DNA of 64,000 nucleotides from Octopus vulgaris (GCA_951406725.2 OX597814.1:100626001-100690000); one strand, 5' to 3'. Shown: positions 12,556 to 27,688, counted from the stretch's first letter. The notes: generated by a model not told the origin, from the sequence alone. Numbers and translations are program-made.

Positions 12556-12688
12556 TAGAGATAGATAGATTGATAGATAGATAGATAGATAGATATACGT
12601 GCTCACATATAGATATGTCGGTAATTACACATATGTATACATATATAAATATATACAACTATCTACCTATTTATCCGTCTCTCTATAT

Positions 12689-12778
<90 letters not shown>

Positions 12779-13142
12779 GATAAATAGATAGATAGATGTA
12801 TGTATATATTTATATGCATGAAAATATATCTATGTATACATATGAGTAATTACCGACACGTCTATACGTGCCGGTAATTACACATATGTCGGTATATGTA
12901 TATACACGCACATGTCGATATATATATATATATATGCAGAGGTGTGTGTATTCATATGTATATAAACCTATATACATGAATATATGTGTTGGTGTAAATA
13001 ATAATGAAATATGTGAATACAGATGTTTAAATATTGTTGATGTATGTACTACATATGCACACACATATACCCACACACAGACATATTTATCTGCTATCTT
13101 CTGCGTTTTGTGTTGTATATATACACACCGACACACAAACAC

Positions 13143-13175
<33 letters not shown>

Positions 13176-13471
13176 TGTATGTATGTATGTATGTATGTAT
13201 GTATGCTTGTCTATATGTATATATACATATTACGTATCCATAATGTTAAGTTCCCAGAGACAGAAGGTGTGTCTATTATGTGTCTTAAGAAATATGTCAG
13301 TCAAGCCTTCAAATCGCTTTTGAGATATTAAATACATTTGAAGGCAAAATTTAGAACGGTTTGCCTCGATATACGTCCACATATACACAATTATATACAT
13401 TTTCCTCATACAAACATGTACACATGCCCTATCTCTATCGCTGATTCATACACAAACAAGCTCATATGTGC

Positions 13472-13529
<58 letters not shown>

Positions 13530-13546
13530 GTGTGTGTGTATGTATA

Positions 13547-13582
<36 letters not shown>

Positions 13583-13819
13583 TGTATGTATGTATGTATG
13601 TATGTATGTATGTTATTATGTATGTATGCATGTATGCGAAGACGAACAAATGCACTCCCGTGCTTTTGGTTGATTTTTGAAAAATTATTAAAACGGCTTT
13701 TATGAATATATTGCCCCTCATCAAATTTCAATTTTGCAATAAACATCCTGATTACTATTTTGCGTGTGCATACACTCGCACAGACACACAGATACACACA
13801 AGCATACGCATACACACAC

Positions 13820-15028
13820 ACTCCCTGACCCTACCTCCCAACCCGGCTCGGTCCCCTGCTCCCGCCCACGTTGCCGCACTTGCCCTTACCTCTCCAACAC
13901 CACCCTCCTCACTAGCACCCATCATCGACCCTATCGCATCATCAACTCCTTCACCTGCACCTCCAGCAATATTATCTATTGCGTCTCTTGCTCTCTCTGC
14001 CATTCCTTGTACATCGGACAAACGGGACGCCGCTTAGCTGACCGGTTCGCGGAACACCTTTGTGACATCCACCTTGCGAACAACACACCGGTCTCACGCC
14101 ATTTCCGCTCCACCGGTCACTCATTGCAACACCTGTCTGCGTTCGGTTTGTCCTTACACAGACAGGTGTTGCGCCGTGAACAGGAATTAATCTTCACTCT
14201 TCGCTCTTATACGCCATTTGGTCTCAACTCTCCCCCCTCCTCATCTAACCCCCCTCCCCTCCCCTCCTCACCTACCTCCTCCCCCGACCCCTACTTCTCT
14301 TCAGTCCTTCATCCTTTCACCCCTACTCCCCTTCCCTTCTTCCCTCTTTCTCCCTCCCTCCTTCCCTCTTCCCCTTCCCTCTGCTCCCTCACTCCCCTTC
14401 TCTCTCCCCTCTCCCTCTTTCCTCCTTCCTCCTACCCCTCTTTCTCCCTCCCTCCTTCCCTCTTCCCCTTCCCTCCCTTCCCCCTTCCTCCTCTCCCCAT
14501 CCCTCCTTCCCTCTTCCCCTTCCATCTGCTCCCTCACTCCCCTTCTCTCCCCCTCCCCCTCTTTCCTCCTACCTTCTCCCCTTCCTTCTCCCCTCCCCCT
14601 CTCCCTCCCTTCCCTCCCTCTTCTCCTCTCTCCACACTACACCACACGACTTTACACATCACATCATATATACATACACATGTCCAGACCTCTCATACGC
14701 ACTAATACTCTCTCATACACACACACACACCCTTATGTTGGAGTAGGTCATTCAACCCTATTATCTCCCCTAATTTCGCTCTCGCGTCTCATGTTTGATC
14801 TTTGACCTCTGGCCGAAATCAGATCGCCATGTTGATTCGTTAGTTACTGCACGCATATTTTTTTCTCTCCTTCTCTCTGTGTTTTTTTCTCTGTGTATCT
14901 TTCTGTTGAAGAGCGTAGGCTCGAAACGTTAAAGACTTGTTTTATTTATATTTCCTGAGCGCCATACTAATACAATTGTTTGTTTGTTTTCCACCTGCCT
15001 TCGTCTTTTGTCTATTTTCATAAAGCTT

Positions 15029-15030
<2 letters not shown>
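13820..15030 (+). mobile_element. Penelope-like element 3' part: GIY-YIG endonuclease, pyrimidine tract and pLTR
   Basis: ORF 13764-14705 contains CSRPRCRTC..FTCTSSNIIYCVSCSLCHSLYIGQTGRRLADRFAEH..PVSRHF..RREQELIFTL..PFGLN (tentatively Neptune-like); no RT domain present; ends in (TA)n. Confidence 0.9.
14898..14935 (+). ncRNA. Minimal type I hammerhead ribozyme-like motif (variant core)
   Basis: TCTTT-CTGTTGA-A-GAGC gtag GCTC-GAAACGTT-AAAGA: stems I and II pair and stem III is palindromic; A6 is replaced by U. Confidence 0.7.
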
Positions 15031-15480
<450 letters not shown>

Positions 15481-15944
15481 CTCAGTAGTGAGTTCTGCAC
15501 TACACCTGCTTCTATTGTGTTTACATGAGAGAGTATCAGAGTATCGTGGAGATAGGTTTTATTGTTGATCTCGTCGGTGTTTAGTCAAAAAAAAAATAAA
15601 ACGAAGATTGTATATTTTGCCACAACACTCATATGGCTTCACTAACTTTTGGTGTACTCCTCTTATTTGGTTTATGGAACGCGTGTATTTTTTACCACAA
15701 CACTCATGAGGCTTCACTGAATATTGGTGTAATATTTTCATTTGATTTACGAAACGCGTGAATGCTTTATGACGCTTAAAATATAAAGTGTGTAATTTGT
15801 ATTTTATCAGTACTATATATACCATATGTGTGTAAGTGTGTGGTGCCTGTATGTGTGTATATGTGTGTGTATTTGTGTGTGTGCTTATGAGTATGATTGT
15901 TTGTATATATCTACGTGCGTGTGAGCCATTGCGACTGTGTCTTT

Positions 15945-16125
15945 CTGCCACGACTGTTTGACAACTAGTGTTGGTACATTTACGTCCCCGTACCTTACCA
16001 GAACGGAAATAGAAACCGACAAATGTACCACGCTCCAAAAATATACTTGGCTCCGGTTGATTCATTCGACTAAAACAATTTCACAGCAGTGCCATAGTAT
16101 AGCTGCAGTCTAATGACAGACACTA
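15945..16125 (+). mobile_element. SINE family A 3' body, degenerate
   Basis: TTGACAACTAGTGTTGG..TTTACGTCCCCGTA. Confidence 0.7.
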
Positions 16126-16161
16126 AATGACAGATGCTATATGTATAAATAAATAAATATA

Positions 16162-16207
<46 letters not shown>

Positions 16208-16225
16208 TGTATGTATGTATTTATG

Positions 16226-16278
<53 letters not shown>

Positions 16279-16353
16279 TTATGTATGTATGTGTGTATAT
16301 ATATTAATAGATACTAGATACATACATACATCGGTGTGTGTTTGTGTGTATAC

Positions 16354-16424
<71 letters not shown>

Positions 16425-16427
16425 TAT

Positions 16428-16567
16428 AAAGGGGAATATTCCTTGTGTTCTATGTCTTGTTCTCTGTTTTTTCGTTGTTTGAAAAAGTCCGTTTCCATGG
16501 TTTTATTTTTATGTTTTCGTTTCTCATTGTGTTCGACGTTTTTTTGGTGTCCTGTACCTATATATGC

Positions 16568-16572
<5 letters not shown>
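16428..16572 (+). mobile_element. Short pLTR-like repeat (family P1) 3' fragment
   Basis: Near-identical to 17254-17398 and 48655-48810; flanked by (TA)n on both sides. Confidence 0.8.
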
Positions 16573-16625
<53 letters not shown>

Positions 16626-16691
16626 CTGTAGGTATGTACATATATATATGTATATATGCATATGTTATATTTATTATTTTGTTATTATATG

Positions 16692-17400
16692 ATCGAACGC
16701 CACGCATCCACTTCCAAGTAAGTTTTATCTTAATAATTATGATGCGCACTCTTACTGTCTCACTCTTTACTGTCTCTATCCCTCTCTTATTCTTCATTCT
16801 TTCTGGTTTTCTCTACCACCCTTCCCTATTGTTCTTCTCTCCCTTTCACTGTTCCTTTTCTCTTACTCCTCCTCCTCTTCCTCCTCCTCCCTCTCGTCGT
16901 TGACATGTGACCAAAGGGCTACTTTCTTTCTGACTACTGACTTCAACAAGTGTAGACAGCTTTACTGTCCCTCTCTTAAGCCGTTATCTCAAAGCGTTCA
17001 AAATAATTTTTCCTTTAGTTTCGTCTTAACAGTCCTTACCGTTTGTCTTTGCTGTGTTATTTTCCTTGTCCTGTCTTTTACTGTTTTTATGTGTATTGTT
17101 TTTACTGTCCTGTTCTTGTTACCAAATTTTGCCCCTCCGCAAAAAATCGCAAATTTTTATTTAATTTTCTTTGCGTGAAGGACTGTTTCAACGAAGTCGT
17201 GTCTTGCCCTTACCTTCGAAACACGGAGTAGACGAAGCAGGAGCAGCTGAAGAAAGGGTAACATTCCTTGTGTTGTATGTCTTGTACTTTGTTTTTTCGT
17301 TGTTTGAAAAAGTCCGTTTCCATGGTTTTGTTTTTATGTTTTCGTTTCTCATTGTGTTCGACGTTTTTTCGGTGTCCTCTACCTATATTTGCATGTATAT
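16692..17400 (+). mobile_element. pLTR-like repeat (family P1), longest copy
   Basis: 3' 185 bp shared with 16428, 48620 and more distantly 11536-11700; 5' motif GAACGCCACGCATCCACTTCCAAGTAAG shared with 17931. Confidence 0.65.
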
Positions 17401-17999
17401 ATACATATAGATGTAGGTATGTACATATATGTATGTATATATGCATGTGTTTAATTTTTTATTTTGTTATTATATATATATGTATATATAAATATATATA
17501 TAATTAATGAGGGAATAAATTGAATATTAATTTAATTAATATCAATTTAAAACCAGTAGCCTAGCATAAAAAAATCTGAAAAATCAGAGAAAATTCTAAT
17601 ACATGTGTATATTTAAAGGGCTAAAAACCATTGATCTACTTCTAGCATATGGCTGTCCTTTAAATATATTTATATATGTGTGTGTATATATATATATATG
17701 TATGTGTATATGCACACACACACTCGTACATATATATATATATATATATATACGTATAGGTGTATATATATATATACCCTCCTTCCCTTCTTTCCTGAGC
17801 GTCAAAAAATACTTTAATTGTTCCACGTCCTCGCGTTGCGGTGTTTTTTTCTGTGTTTTGTTGTTTGGATTAACTATATATATATACACACACACATATG
17901 TATATATAGTACTATTTATATTATATAATTGAATGCCACGCATCCTCTTCCAAGTAAGTTTGTCTATCTATCTATCTATCTATGTACATATATATTATA

Positions 18000-18063
<64 letters not shown>

Positions 18064-18432
18064 ATATATACATATACATATACATTTACATATTCATATA
18101 TGCATATAATATCTTATGATATCATAAAACATAAAATTGACTGTGGTCAAGAAACCTTATTCATACGCATACTCATGTGGTATTTCATTTGCAGTATCGT
18201 CGCTTCTTGGTTTATTTCAATGTTGTACGTGTTCTTGGGCATATTTTGTCGATGCGTATATGTGTGAATGTATGTGTGCATGGGGAGGGCGGCATCTAAT
18301 TAATTAATAATTTGTTGTAGATAGATTTTGGAGCCCAGACAGGGGTGAGATAAAGCACGATAAAAGTATAAATTTTTTTATACACTGTTGTCGCTCTTTC
18401 GTTCTTATGGTGACGTGCAGTGCGTATGAATA

Positions 18433-18665
18433 CCTATTTCTTTACTACCCACCAGGGGCTAAACATAGAGGGGACAAACAAGGACAGACATAGGTATTAA
18501 GTCGATTACATCGACCCCAGAGCGTAACTGGTACTTAATTTATCAACCCCGAAAGGATGAAAGGGAAAGTTGACCTCGGCGGAATTTGAACTCAGTACGT
18601 AACGGCAGACGAAATACCGCTAGGCATTTCGCCCGGTGTGCTAACGTTTCTGCCAGCTCGCCGCC
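18433..18665 (-). mobile_element. SINE family B, full length
   Basis: Reverse complement of GGCGGCGAGCTGGCAGAAACGTTAGCAC..GAGTTCAAATTCCGCCGAGG..GGGTAGTAAAGAAATAGG. Confidence 0.9.
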
Positions 18666-18819
18666 TTAGTGCGTATGAATACCGTTGTAAGAATGTATAT
18701 GCTTCGTTTTGCATTCTTTACAATCTGCTCTGTGAACGTTACGGTATTATTCTATATAACATAAAAGTATTTTGTCTTCTCTGCTCGTTGTTTTTCATAT
18801 ACGTTGAGATTGTTGATAG

Positions 18820-19900
18820 AACTTGGGGATATTAGAAGTACTTGGGGATATTGGAAATGGATAAATTGATGGAGAGAGAAAATTACAGAAAAATTTAAAG
18901 AAGAGCACTTATGCAGATTGAGACTGATCGTTAATTTGAAATAAGATTGAATCTATCAACACCTGGGCGGTTTCACTCCTTCAATATGGAGCAGTGGTAA
19001 TCGCATGGACAGTAGACAAACTAAACAGTTTAAACAGAAAGGCAAGAAAGTTGCTGACTAGATATGGGATACTTCACCCACAAAAATTATACAGACAGAC
19101 TGAATGTACCAAGAAAAAGAGGGGGGAAAGGATCGATTGGATGCGAACACAGCATCAGAGCAGAAGGAAAACAACATATCACGGTATGTAAAACATGTCA
19201 CAGAACGACTAGTATTAGAAGTAAGAAGGTCAGGCTTGCGTAGGATGGACGATTGCAAAGATAAAGCACTGCACAAGGACTTGGGAATGAATGAAACTGA
19301 AAATAGGTGGATAAAGAAAAGCATGCATGAACAATTTTATAGGAATGGTGACAATAAGACAGACAGTGAAAAAAGATGGCTGTGGATCACTAAAAGTGAT
19401 TTAAACCTAGAAACGGAGGCAAGCACTAAAAACGAATTGCATCAAATACAAAATAGACAACACATCAGAAAGGGATACGTGCAGAATCTATAAACAAAAT
19501 GGTGAAATCTTATGGCATATTACCAGTCAATGTACGCCCAGAAAGAATACAAGAAACGTGATGACAATATAGCAAGGATTGTCCACTGGACACTTTGCAA
19601 AAAGTATGGACTTGAAAGAGAAAAAAAATAGTACGAATATAAACCCGAAGGCATTCGCGAAAAAGATAATGCAAAAGATCCTATGGGATTTTGTGATTTA
19701 GTTCGACCTGGAAATAGAGAATAGGAAGACAGACATTGTATTAATTGAGAAAGAAAGCAAACAATGCTGGATCACAGATATTGCATACCAGCTGACAACA
19801 AGGTAGGCGATAAGGAAAAAAGAAAAGTCAATAGATATGACTGGTTTGCGTGGGAGGTTAAGCAGTTGTGGTCGATGAAAAAGGTGGTAGTAATACCAAA
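18820..19900 (+). mobile_element. R4/Dong-like non-LTR retrotransposon 3' half, frameshifted
   Basis: INTWAVSLLQYG..LNRKARKLLT..HP; MHEQFYR; ETEA; CRI..GE..WHITSQC zinc knuckle; IVHW.LC; ILWDF; IPADNKVGDKEKRKV..Y..EVKQLW..VVVIP endonuclease region. Confidence 0.9.
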
Positions 19901-19956
19901 GTATGAAAGGCAAAGTTCACCTCGGTGGAATTTGAACTTAGAACATAAAGATGGAC

Positions 19957-20007
<51 letters not shown>

Positions 20008-20019
20008 GCAACAACAACA

Positions 20020-20760
20020 CTTCATTGTTCATTGACCACAATGGCCGCAAAACACATTTAAGACAATGTAAAGATAAAGGACTGAGGTATTACATAAACA
20101 TGTGTAAGCTATGAAATCAATAACAAGAAGATAATTATAAAACCATTGCTCAACAGAGGGATGTACGAACCATCTGGCACCCCAACCAACCAGAGCACCA
20201 CTGAGAGATACCCCTATCCCATCAATTCATTCCATCCTACAGGCGTCAGTTTGAACAAGCCGACTCATTCAGGTCAAATGGCTCACTCATCCACCTTTCA
20301 ACAAATTTACTAGGGAGCGGCAGACCCTCCCTATCAACTCTCACTTCCTTTTTCAAGGAAGTTTAAAAAGTTGATGAGGGCTTGGCCAAAGTGGAAAATG
20401 ACTGTCATCAGTTCATTGGGGTTCGTCCACTACACAACCTACTTTGCCATAGCCACCAAGCAAGTTGTCAGCTCTTCCCAGCCAAGGAAGTCGGTTGATA
20501 ATCAAACCTTACCTAAACACGTTCACAGCTGTTCGACATAAATGTGCAAACAAACAATGCTTGTGTACTGTGCGAGCGCGTACAAAGCGGCTTTCTTGTT
20601 CTTCCCGCATCTCAAGCAGGCCCGACTGTCGGCACTGTCACACCAATAGAGTTTATACAGAACCCTCAATTCCTCCAGTAGTACTACCTCGCCAGAGATT
20701 TCTGGAAATTATCCGTAGGCCGGGGTGCAGGCTGGCATTTCTCCAGAAGTAACTAGCCAG
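20020..20760 (-). mobile_element. Tx1/L1-like LINE 3' fragment with 3' UTR
   Basis: Minus strand fragments ACLRCG, LVAMAK, GQALINF, LKKEVRVDRE, KFVERW resemble L1/Tx1 ORF2 C-termini. Confidence 0.55.
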
Positions 20761-21559
20761 ATTATTTACATTATTTAGATTATTTACATTCGACGGATAT
20801 AAATATAGTACAGAATTCCTCATCTCTTAAATATAGAACTGTAACTAGTCAGAGTCTCATTGAGTAGGTCATCGCGCTTCACTGCCTCTAATCGCCTACA
20901 TAGTAAGCTTCGATGTCACTGATCCCTATGCTTCATTGGCGGCGGGCATTGAACGCTTGATGATACTAAATCTCAGGATCCATGCTTTGTTTACGTTTGA
21001 TCAAGTCCTGCAGTTATTTCAAATAGTGTCACAAACGGTAATTACACCTGATCACCTTCAAAGAAACGGCGGGCATGTTGCAGATTCAGTGTAGATTTGC
21101 GTATCATTAGCCACAGCGTGCCCATTTCCTAATGCAGCATCTGTTCAGCGGAAGCCATCTCCTCCACAAAACTTGGAAGATCAAGCACTCCAGTTTGATA
21201 TCTAGCTGGTGTTGTACTTATTTTGTTTTCTGTTCGAGTTCTGTGCTTGTTTACTGGCTTTTCCATTGTGTTCGTTGTTGATTCTTGTATGATATCTGTT
21301 GTTGATTTTTTTTCTGTTAGTGGAGACTGTAGTATTGTTGGTGTATTTACTGTTGTGGATTTAATATTGTTTGGGGTTGATGTGGAATTGGTGTTGTTTT
21401 GTGTTTTGTTCCTTTGCTTTCTGATTATTTTGTTCGGATATATATTCAGAAGACACGGATTCAGCCTATGGAGGTGGGTTGCAAGTTCATATTTTCTGGT
21501 GTGTATATCTCTGTAGTGATGCATTAAAGAAGGTGAGAAATGCAGGAATGGGAACGGGA

Positions 21560-22050
21560 TGCTGTTACAAGGTTGCAACAATTGTTATGAGCACTCACCT
21601 TAACCAGAATAATCAGGTGAAACTCATATGGGACATGCCAACCTGCACAGATAAGAAGTGACATCATAACCGACCAGATATCAATCTCCTACGGAGGAGT
21701 CCAAAGAATAGAACTTCATCAACGTAGCTATAACTGTATACTAGAACACTATGAAAACAAAGGACGAGGAAGCCAAGATGTACTAAGACTTAGCATTGAT
21801 AGAACCTCAAAAGTGAATGTGTTATCTATTGTCATCGGTGCATTTGGGACCATTTCAAGAAAAGCAATATTCTGGTATGAAAAACTGCAATTACTAAACT
21901 TTATAGGAAAAAAAAGAAGTTGGCAGCAATACTTGGAACAGCTCAAGTGTTGAGAAAAGTGTTGCATATCCAAGTTGCGGGAAAGAGCTGGGACGTGACA
22001 TAGCTCAAGAGAAGAAAGGGAAATTGAAATATTAATACTACTATTCTAAT
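21560..22050 (+). mobile_element. R4/NeSL-like LINE 3' end
   Basis: VKLIWDMP..TDK..HNRPDI; IVIGAFGTI; AILGTAQVLRKVL, followed by an (AAT/GAT)n tail. Confidence 0.8.
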
Positions 22051-22095
22051 AATAATGATGATGATGATGATGATAATGACGACGACGACGACGAG

Positions 22096-22128
<33 letters not shown>

Positions 22129-22452
22129 GGTGGTGGTGGTGGTGGTGGTGATGATGATGATGATGATGATGAATTCTAAAACGTTAATAAGATTTCAGGA
22201 AAAAGAAGTAATGTAATGCAATACGTATATAAACTATTACATTGTATTTCAATGTCTCTTCCTACTGCTGTGAACTAAATGATATATTAGTGTTCCGGAA
22301 AATTAAAGGCAACAAACAGAACCACCGAAATCTTCACAACATTAAAGAATTTTTGATATTGTTATATTATGAACATTATTATGTTACACTAATCTTTTAT
22401 TATATCTTTCATTTCCTTATATACATACATACAAGCATGGGCGCATACATGT

Positions 22453-22519
<67 letters not shown>

Positions 22520-22582
22520 ATACATATACATATATATATATATACATATATATCTATCTATATATATCTATACATATATATG

Positions 22583-22681
<99 letters not shown>

Positions 22682-23524
22682 TGTACGCACAAACGCAAAT
22701 ATGCATACATACAGAAGCACATGCAGAGGTATAAACATACAAGAAGAATATCAAGATATATACAGATAAGTATATATAGACATATACATACGCACATATA
22801 TCATACTCACAAACACACATACGCATAAATGATGTTATTTTATTTATTTATTTATATTTTTTTATATTTTCTGAGGTTGACTTGGAATAGCTGTATTAAA
22901 GCAATTGTAGCATGACATCTGCGAAATCTTGTGAAATCTATACGGAGTATTAGGAAACTTATTCGAAATTAGCTCATTTTGAAAACAACCATTAACACGA
23001 CACACTTGTGTTTCTCCAAATGTAATTCCCCTGTCAGTGATCTCCGTAGTGGGCAGCAAGAAACTCGACTAATAAAAAAATACTTTATGTGAGTATAGAA
23101 ATTCATACAGAAACAGACACACACACACGCACACACACACACACACGCACATAAATACGCACGCACCTCCTCATACACACATATATATCGATGTAAATAT
23201 GTATGCGTGTATGTATTTACGAGTAGGAAGTATATGCATTACTAGAGCTCTTATTTGAACAGACAAATATTAAAGAACAATTTAATAGATATATTAGAAA
23301 AGAAAATCTTTTGTATGTGTGTGGCCCTCTACGCAGAAATTGATCTAAAGTGCAAATCTCCAAGTTCATATATATTACTCGGTAATATATAAGGTGTGCC
23401 TGTGTCTAACTCTGTGCATACATCTATGTGTATATAAGTATGAATACGAATGTATAAGCTTTTATAAGTAGTTATATTACTTGTACCCACATACGTATAC
23501 ACACACGCACACACATACACACAC

Positions 23525-23589
<65 letters not shown>

Positions 23590-23594
23590 CATAC

Positions 23595-23737
23595 TGTGTG
23601 GAAAGAAGCTTTCTTCCCAACTACATGTTTCCGGGTTCAGTCCCACTGAGTGGTACCTTGGGCGAGTATCTTCTACTGGGCCGACGAAAGCCTTGCCATG
23701 GGATTTGGTAGATGGGAACTGAAAGAAACCTATCGTA
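23595..23737 (+). mobile_element. SINE family A head
   Basis: TGTGTGGAAAGAAGCTTTCTTCCCAACTACATGTTTCCGGGTTCAGTCCCACTG. Confidence 0.85.
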
Positions 23738-23751
23738 TGTATCTATGTATA

Positions 23752-25048
<1,297 letters not shown>

Positions 25049-25049
25049 A

Positions 25050-25435
25050 CAAACCACATGCTTCCGGGTTCAGTCCCACTGCGTGGCACCTTAGGCAAAT
25101 GCCTTCTAAATAACCTAAGGCCGATCAAAGCCTTGTGGGCGGATTTGGTAGACAGAAACAGAAGGAAGTCCGTCGTATATATATATACATACACATTATA
25201 TATGTATGTAGGTAAGTGCGTGAGTTTATGTGTCTGTGTTTGTCCCCCTCCCCAACATTGCTTGACAACCGATACTGGTCTGTTTATGATCCCGTAACTA
25301 AGCGTTTCGGCAAAAGATACCGATAGAATAAATACTAGGTTTACAAAGAATAAGTCCTGGGGTCGATTTGCTGTAATAAAGGTGGCGGTCCAGCATCGCC
25401 GCAGTCAAATAGCTGACATAGAAAAGGAAAAAGGA
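25050..25435 (+). mobile_element. SINE family A, 5'-clipped
   Basis: Head, TA/TG spacer and tail all present. Confidence 0.88.
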
Positions 25436-25473
25436 TATATATACATATACATATAGATCATATATATATACAT

Positions 25474-25542
<69 letters not shown>

Positions 25543-26144
25543 TGCATACACACACATACACGGACACACCCATACATACTTACATACATACACCTATACA
25601 CACACGCCTACACACCTACATACACACACATGCATACACACACACATGTACGCACATACGCACACATATACGCACATACATATATACCTACACACATGCA
25701 CACACACACACACATACGCACATGCATGCATGCACACGCGCACACCTACACGCATGTACGCATACATGCATACATGCATACACACACACACACGCACGTA
25801 CACATACATACACACACACATACATACACCCATACACATACATGCATCCTACACACACAGACATACACACTCACACATACATACACACACACACACTCAC
25901 TCACACACCTGCATGTACGCGCACACACATGCACATACACACACTTCCACACACACACACGTACATACATACACACTCATACACATACACACACACACAC
26001 ACACGGACATACATCTATACACACACATATACACACACATATACACACACATACTTACATACATTCATCTGACACACTGACACCCAGACTTACACACAGA
26101 CACACTCACACATCCACACACATACATACTTACACACACACTCG

Positions 26145-27160
26145 CAGGCTCGCGCACATACACGCTTGTGCACGTTCGCGCCCGCATACACGCATGCATG
26201 CACCACGCTCGTGGGTACCGACTAGATCTCCTGTTCGTATCTGGGGCCGGCGCGTGTCTTTGGGTTCTCCCACACCTGTCGCCGCGGGACCACTCTTCCA
26301 TCTTCCTCCCCTCACCTTCCCCCCTCCGCTGCAGTTTTTTTCCTTAACCCCCCCTTTTTTGTACACACACGCACACACATACACACACCCACTCACACAC
26401 ACATTTGCATATATATATATACATTACACTTACACACACTTCAAATTTACTTGCCACACACACAACTACGCACACTGGACACACACACACTACCACTCAA
26501 CACACACACTGGCACGTTACATACGCCCCCACCCTTTCCCTCCTTCCCTTCTTCCCTCCTTCCTCCTTTTTTTACCACTGACCACTCACTTGAGACTTGC
26601 TATGTCATCTGTTCGCCCTGCACTCACTAACATATACAAATTTTTTGTTTTTTTATCTCGCCTCACACACATACACACACGCACACACTCACACATACAT
26701 ACACATGCACACACACATACCTCCCTGTTTCTGATCTGCCTTTCTGACTTGCTAGGGTACCCCCACACCACTCCTTTAATTCTACTACTGCCTGCTACTA
26801 GCCATTGTCCACCATACACACACATACACACACACGCACACACTCACACACACGCCCTTGTCATCTCGCACACCTTTTTTACCATTCCCTCTTTGATTCA
26901 GCTCTCCTGTTTTTAAAAAACATTTTCCTCCTTTTTTACCACTTCCGTCTTTTTAGTATGTGACCTCGTGAAGACTACCTGCAATTTTTTTTCCTCTGTC
27001 CTCCCGTCTCGGGATCTTTCTTTCTCCTATGTTTCCGACGAAGAGCTCCGCTTGAAACGTCATACCCTCCTTCTTCCATTTTCCTGAGCGCCTAATAATA
27101 ATAATACTGTAATTGTTCCACGTGTTGTTGTTTTTTCTGTTTTCCCGTTTGGATTAACCT
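26145..27160 (+). mobile_element. Penelope-type pLTR-like region (family P2)
   Basis: Same architecture as 14640-15030 (CA/pyrimidine tracts, hammerhead motif, TTCCTGAGCG..AATA..TTCCAC tail, then (TA)n); tail shared with 17774-17874. Confidence 0.6.
27031..27066 (+). ncRNA. Minimal hammerhead-like motif (CCGACGA core variant)
   Basis: GTTT-CCGACGA-A-GAGC tcc GCTT-GAAACGTC-ATACC; parallels 14898-14935. Confidence 0.6.
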
Positions 27161-27194
27161 TATATATATATATATATATATGAATCTGTGTGAT

Positions 27195-27405
27195 ATTGTG
27201 TCTATTTGTTCCCCTACCACCGATGTTGGTGTGTTTACGTCCCTGTAATCTAGCGGTTCTGCAAAAGCGCTCGATAGAATAAGTACTAGGCTTTTCTAAA
27301 AACAAGTCCATACGCGGATTTGCTCGGCTAATACCTTTCAAGGTACTACCCCAGCATGGCTGCAGTTACATTACTGAAATATGCAAAAGATAAAAGATAA
27401 AAGAT
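27195..27405 (+). mobile_element. SINE family A 3' body
   Basis: GGTGTGTTTACGTCCCTGTAA..GATAGAATAAGTACTAGG..CAGCATGGC..AAAAGATAAAAGATA. Confidence 0.8.
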
Positions 27406-27421
27406 TATATATGTGTATGTA

Positions 27422-27482
<61 letters not shown>

Positions 27483-27632
27483 TAAACATGGGGGTTTAGT
27501 TCACAGGTGATCTAAACGATTATCTACGCTTCTTTTTTGTTCTTTCGCTACATCTTATTCTTTTACTTCCTTCCTTTATGTCAACACCTCATTAATATAT
27601 GCCATTCTCATTTTTCCTGTTTTTCCCTATTT

Positions 27633-27688
27633 GTCTCTGATGACGGAATATCCCATACTCGTGGATATCTCAGAAACAGCTGTAAGAC
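27633..27688 (+). ncRNA. Type I hammerhead ribozyme, near-canonical core
   Basis: GTCT-CTGATGA-[GGAATATCC..GGATATCTC]-GAAACAGCTGTA-AGAC: intact CUGAUGA, GAAA and GUA; stem I GTCT/AGAC; palindromic stem III ACAGCTGT. Confidence 0.85.
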
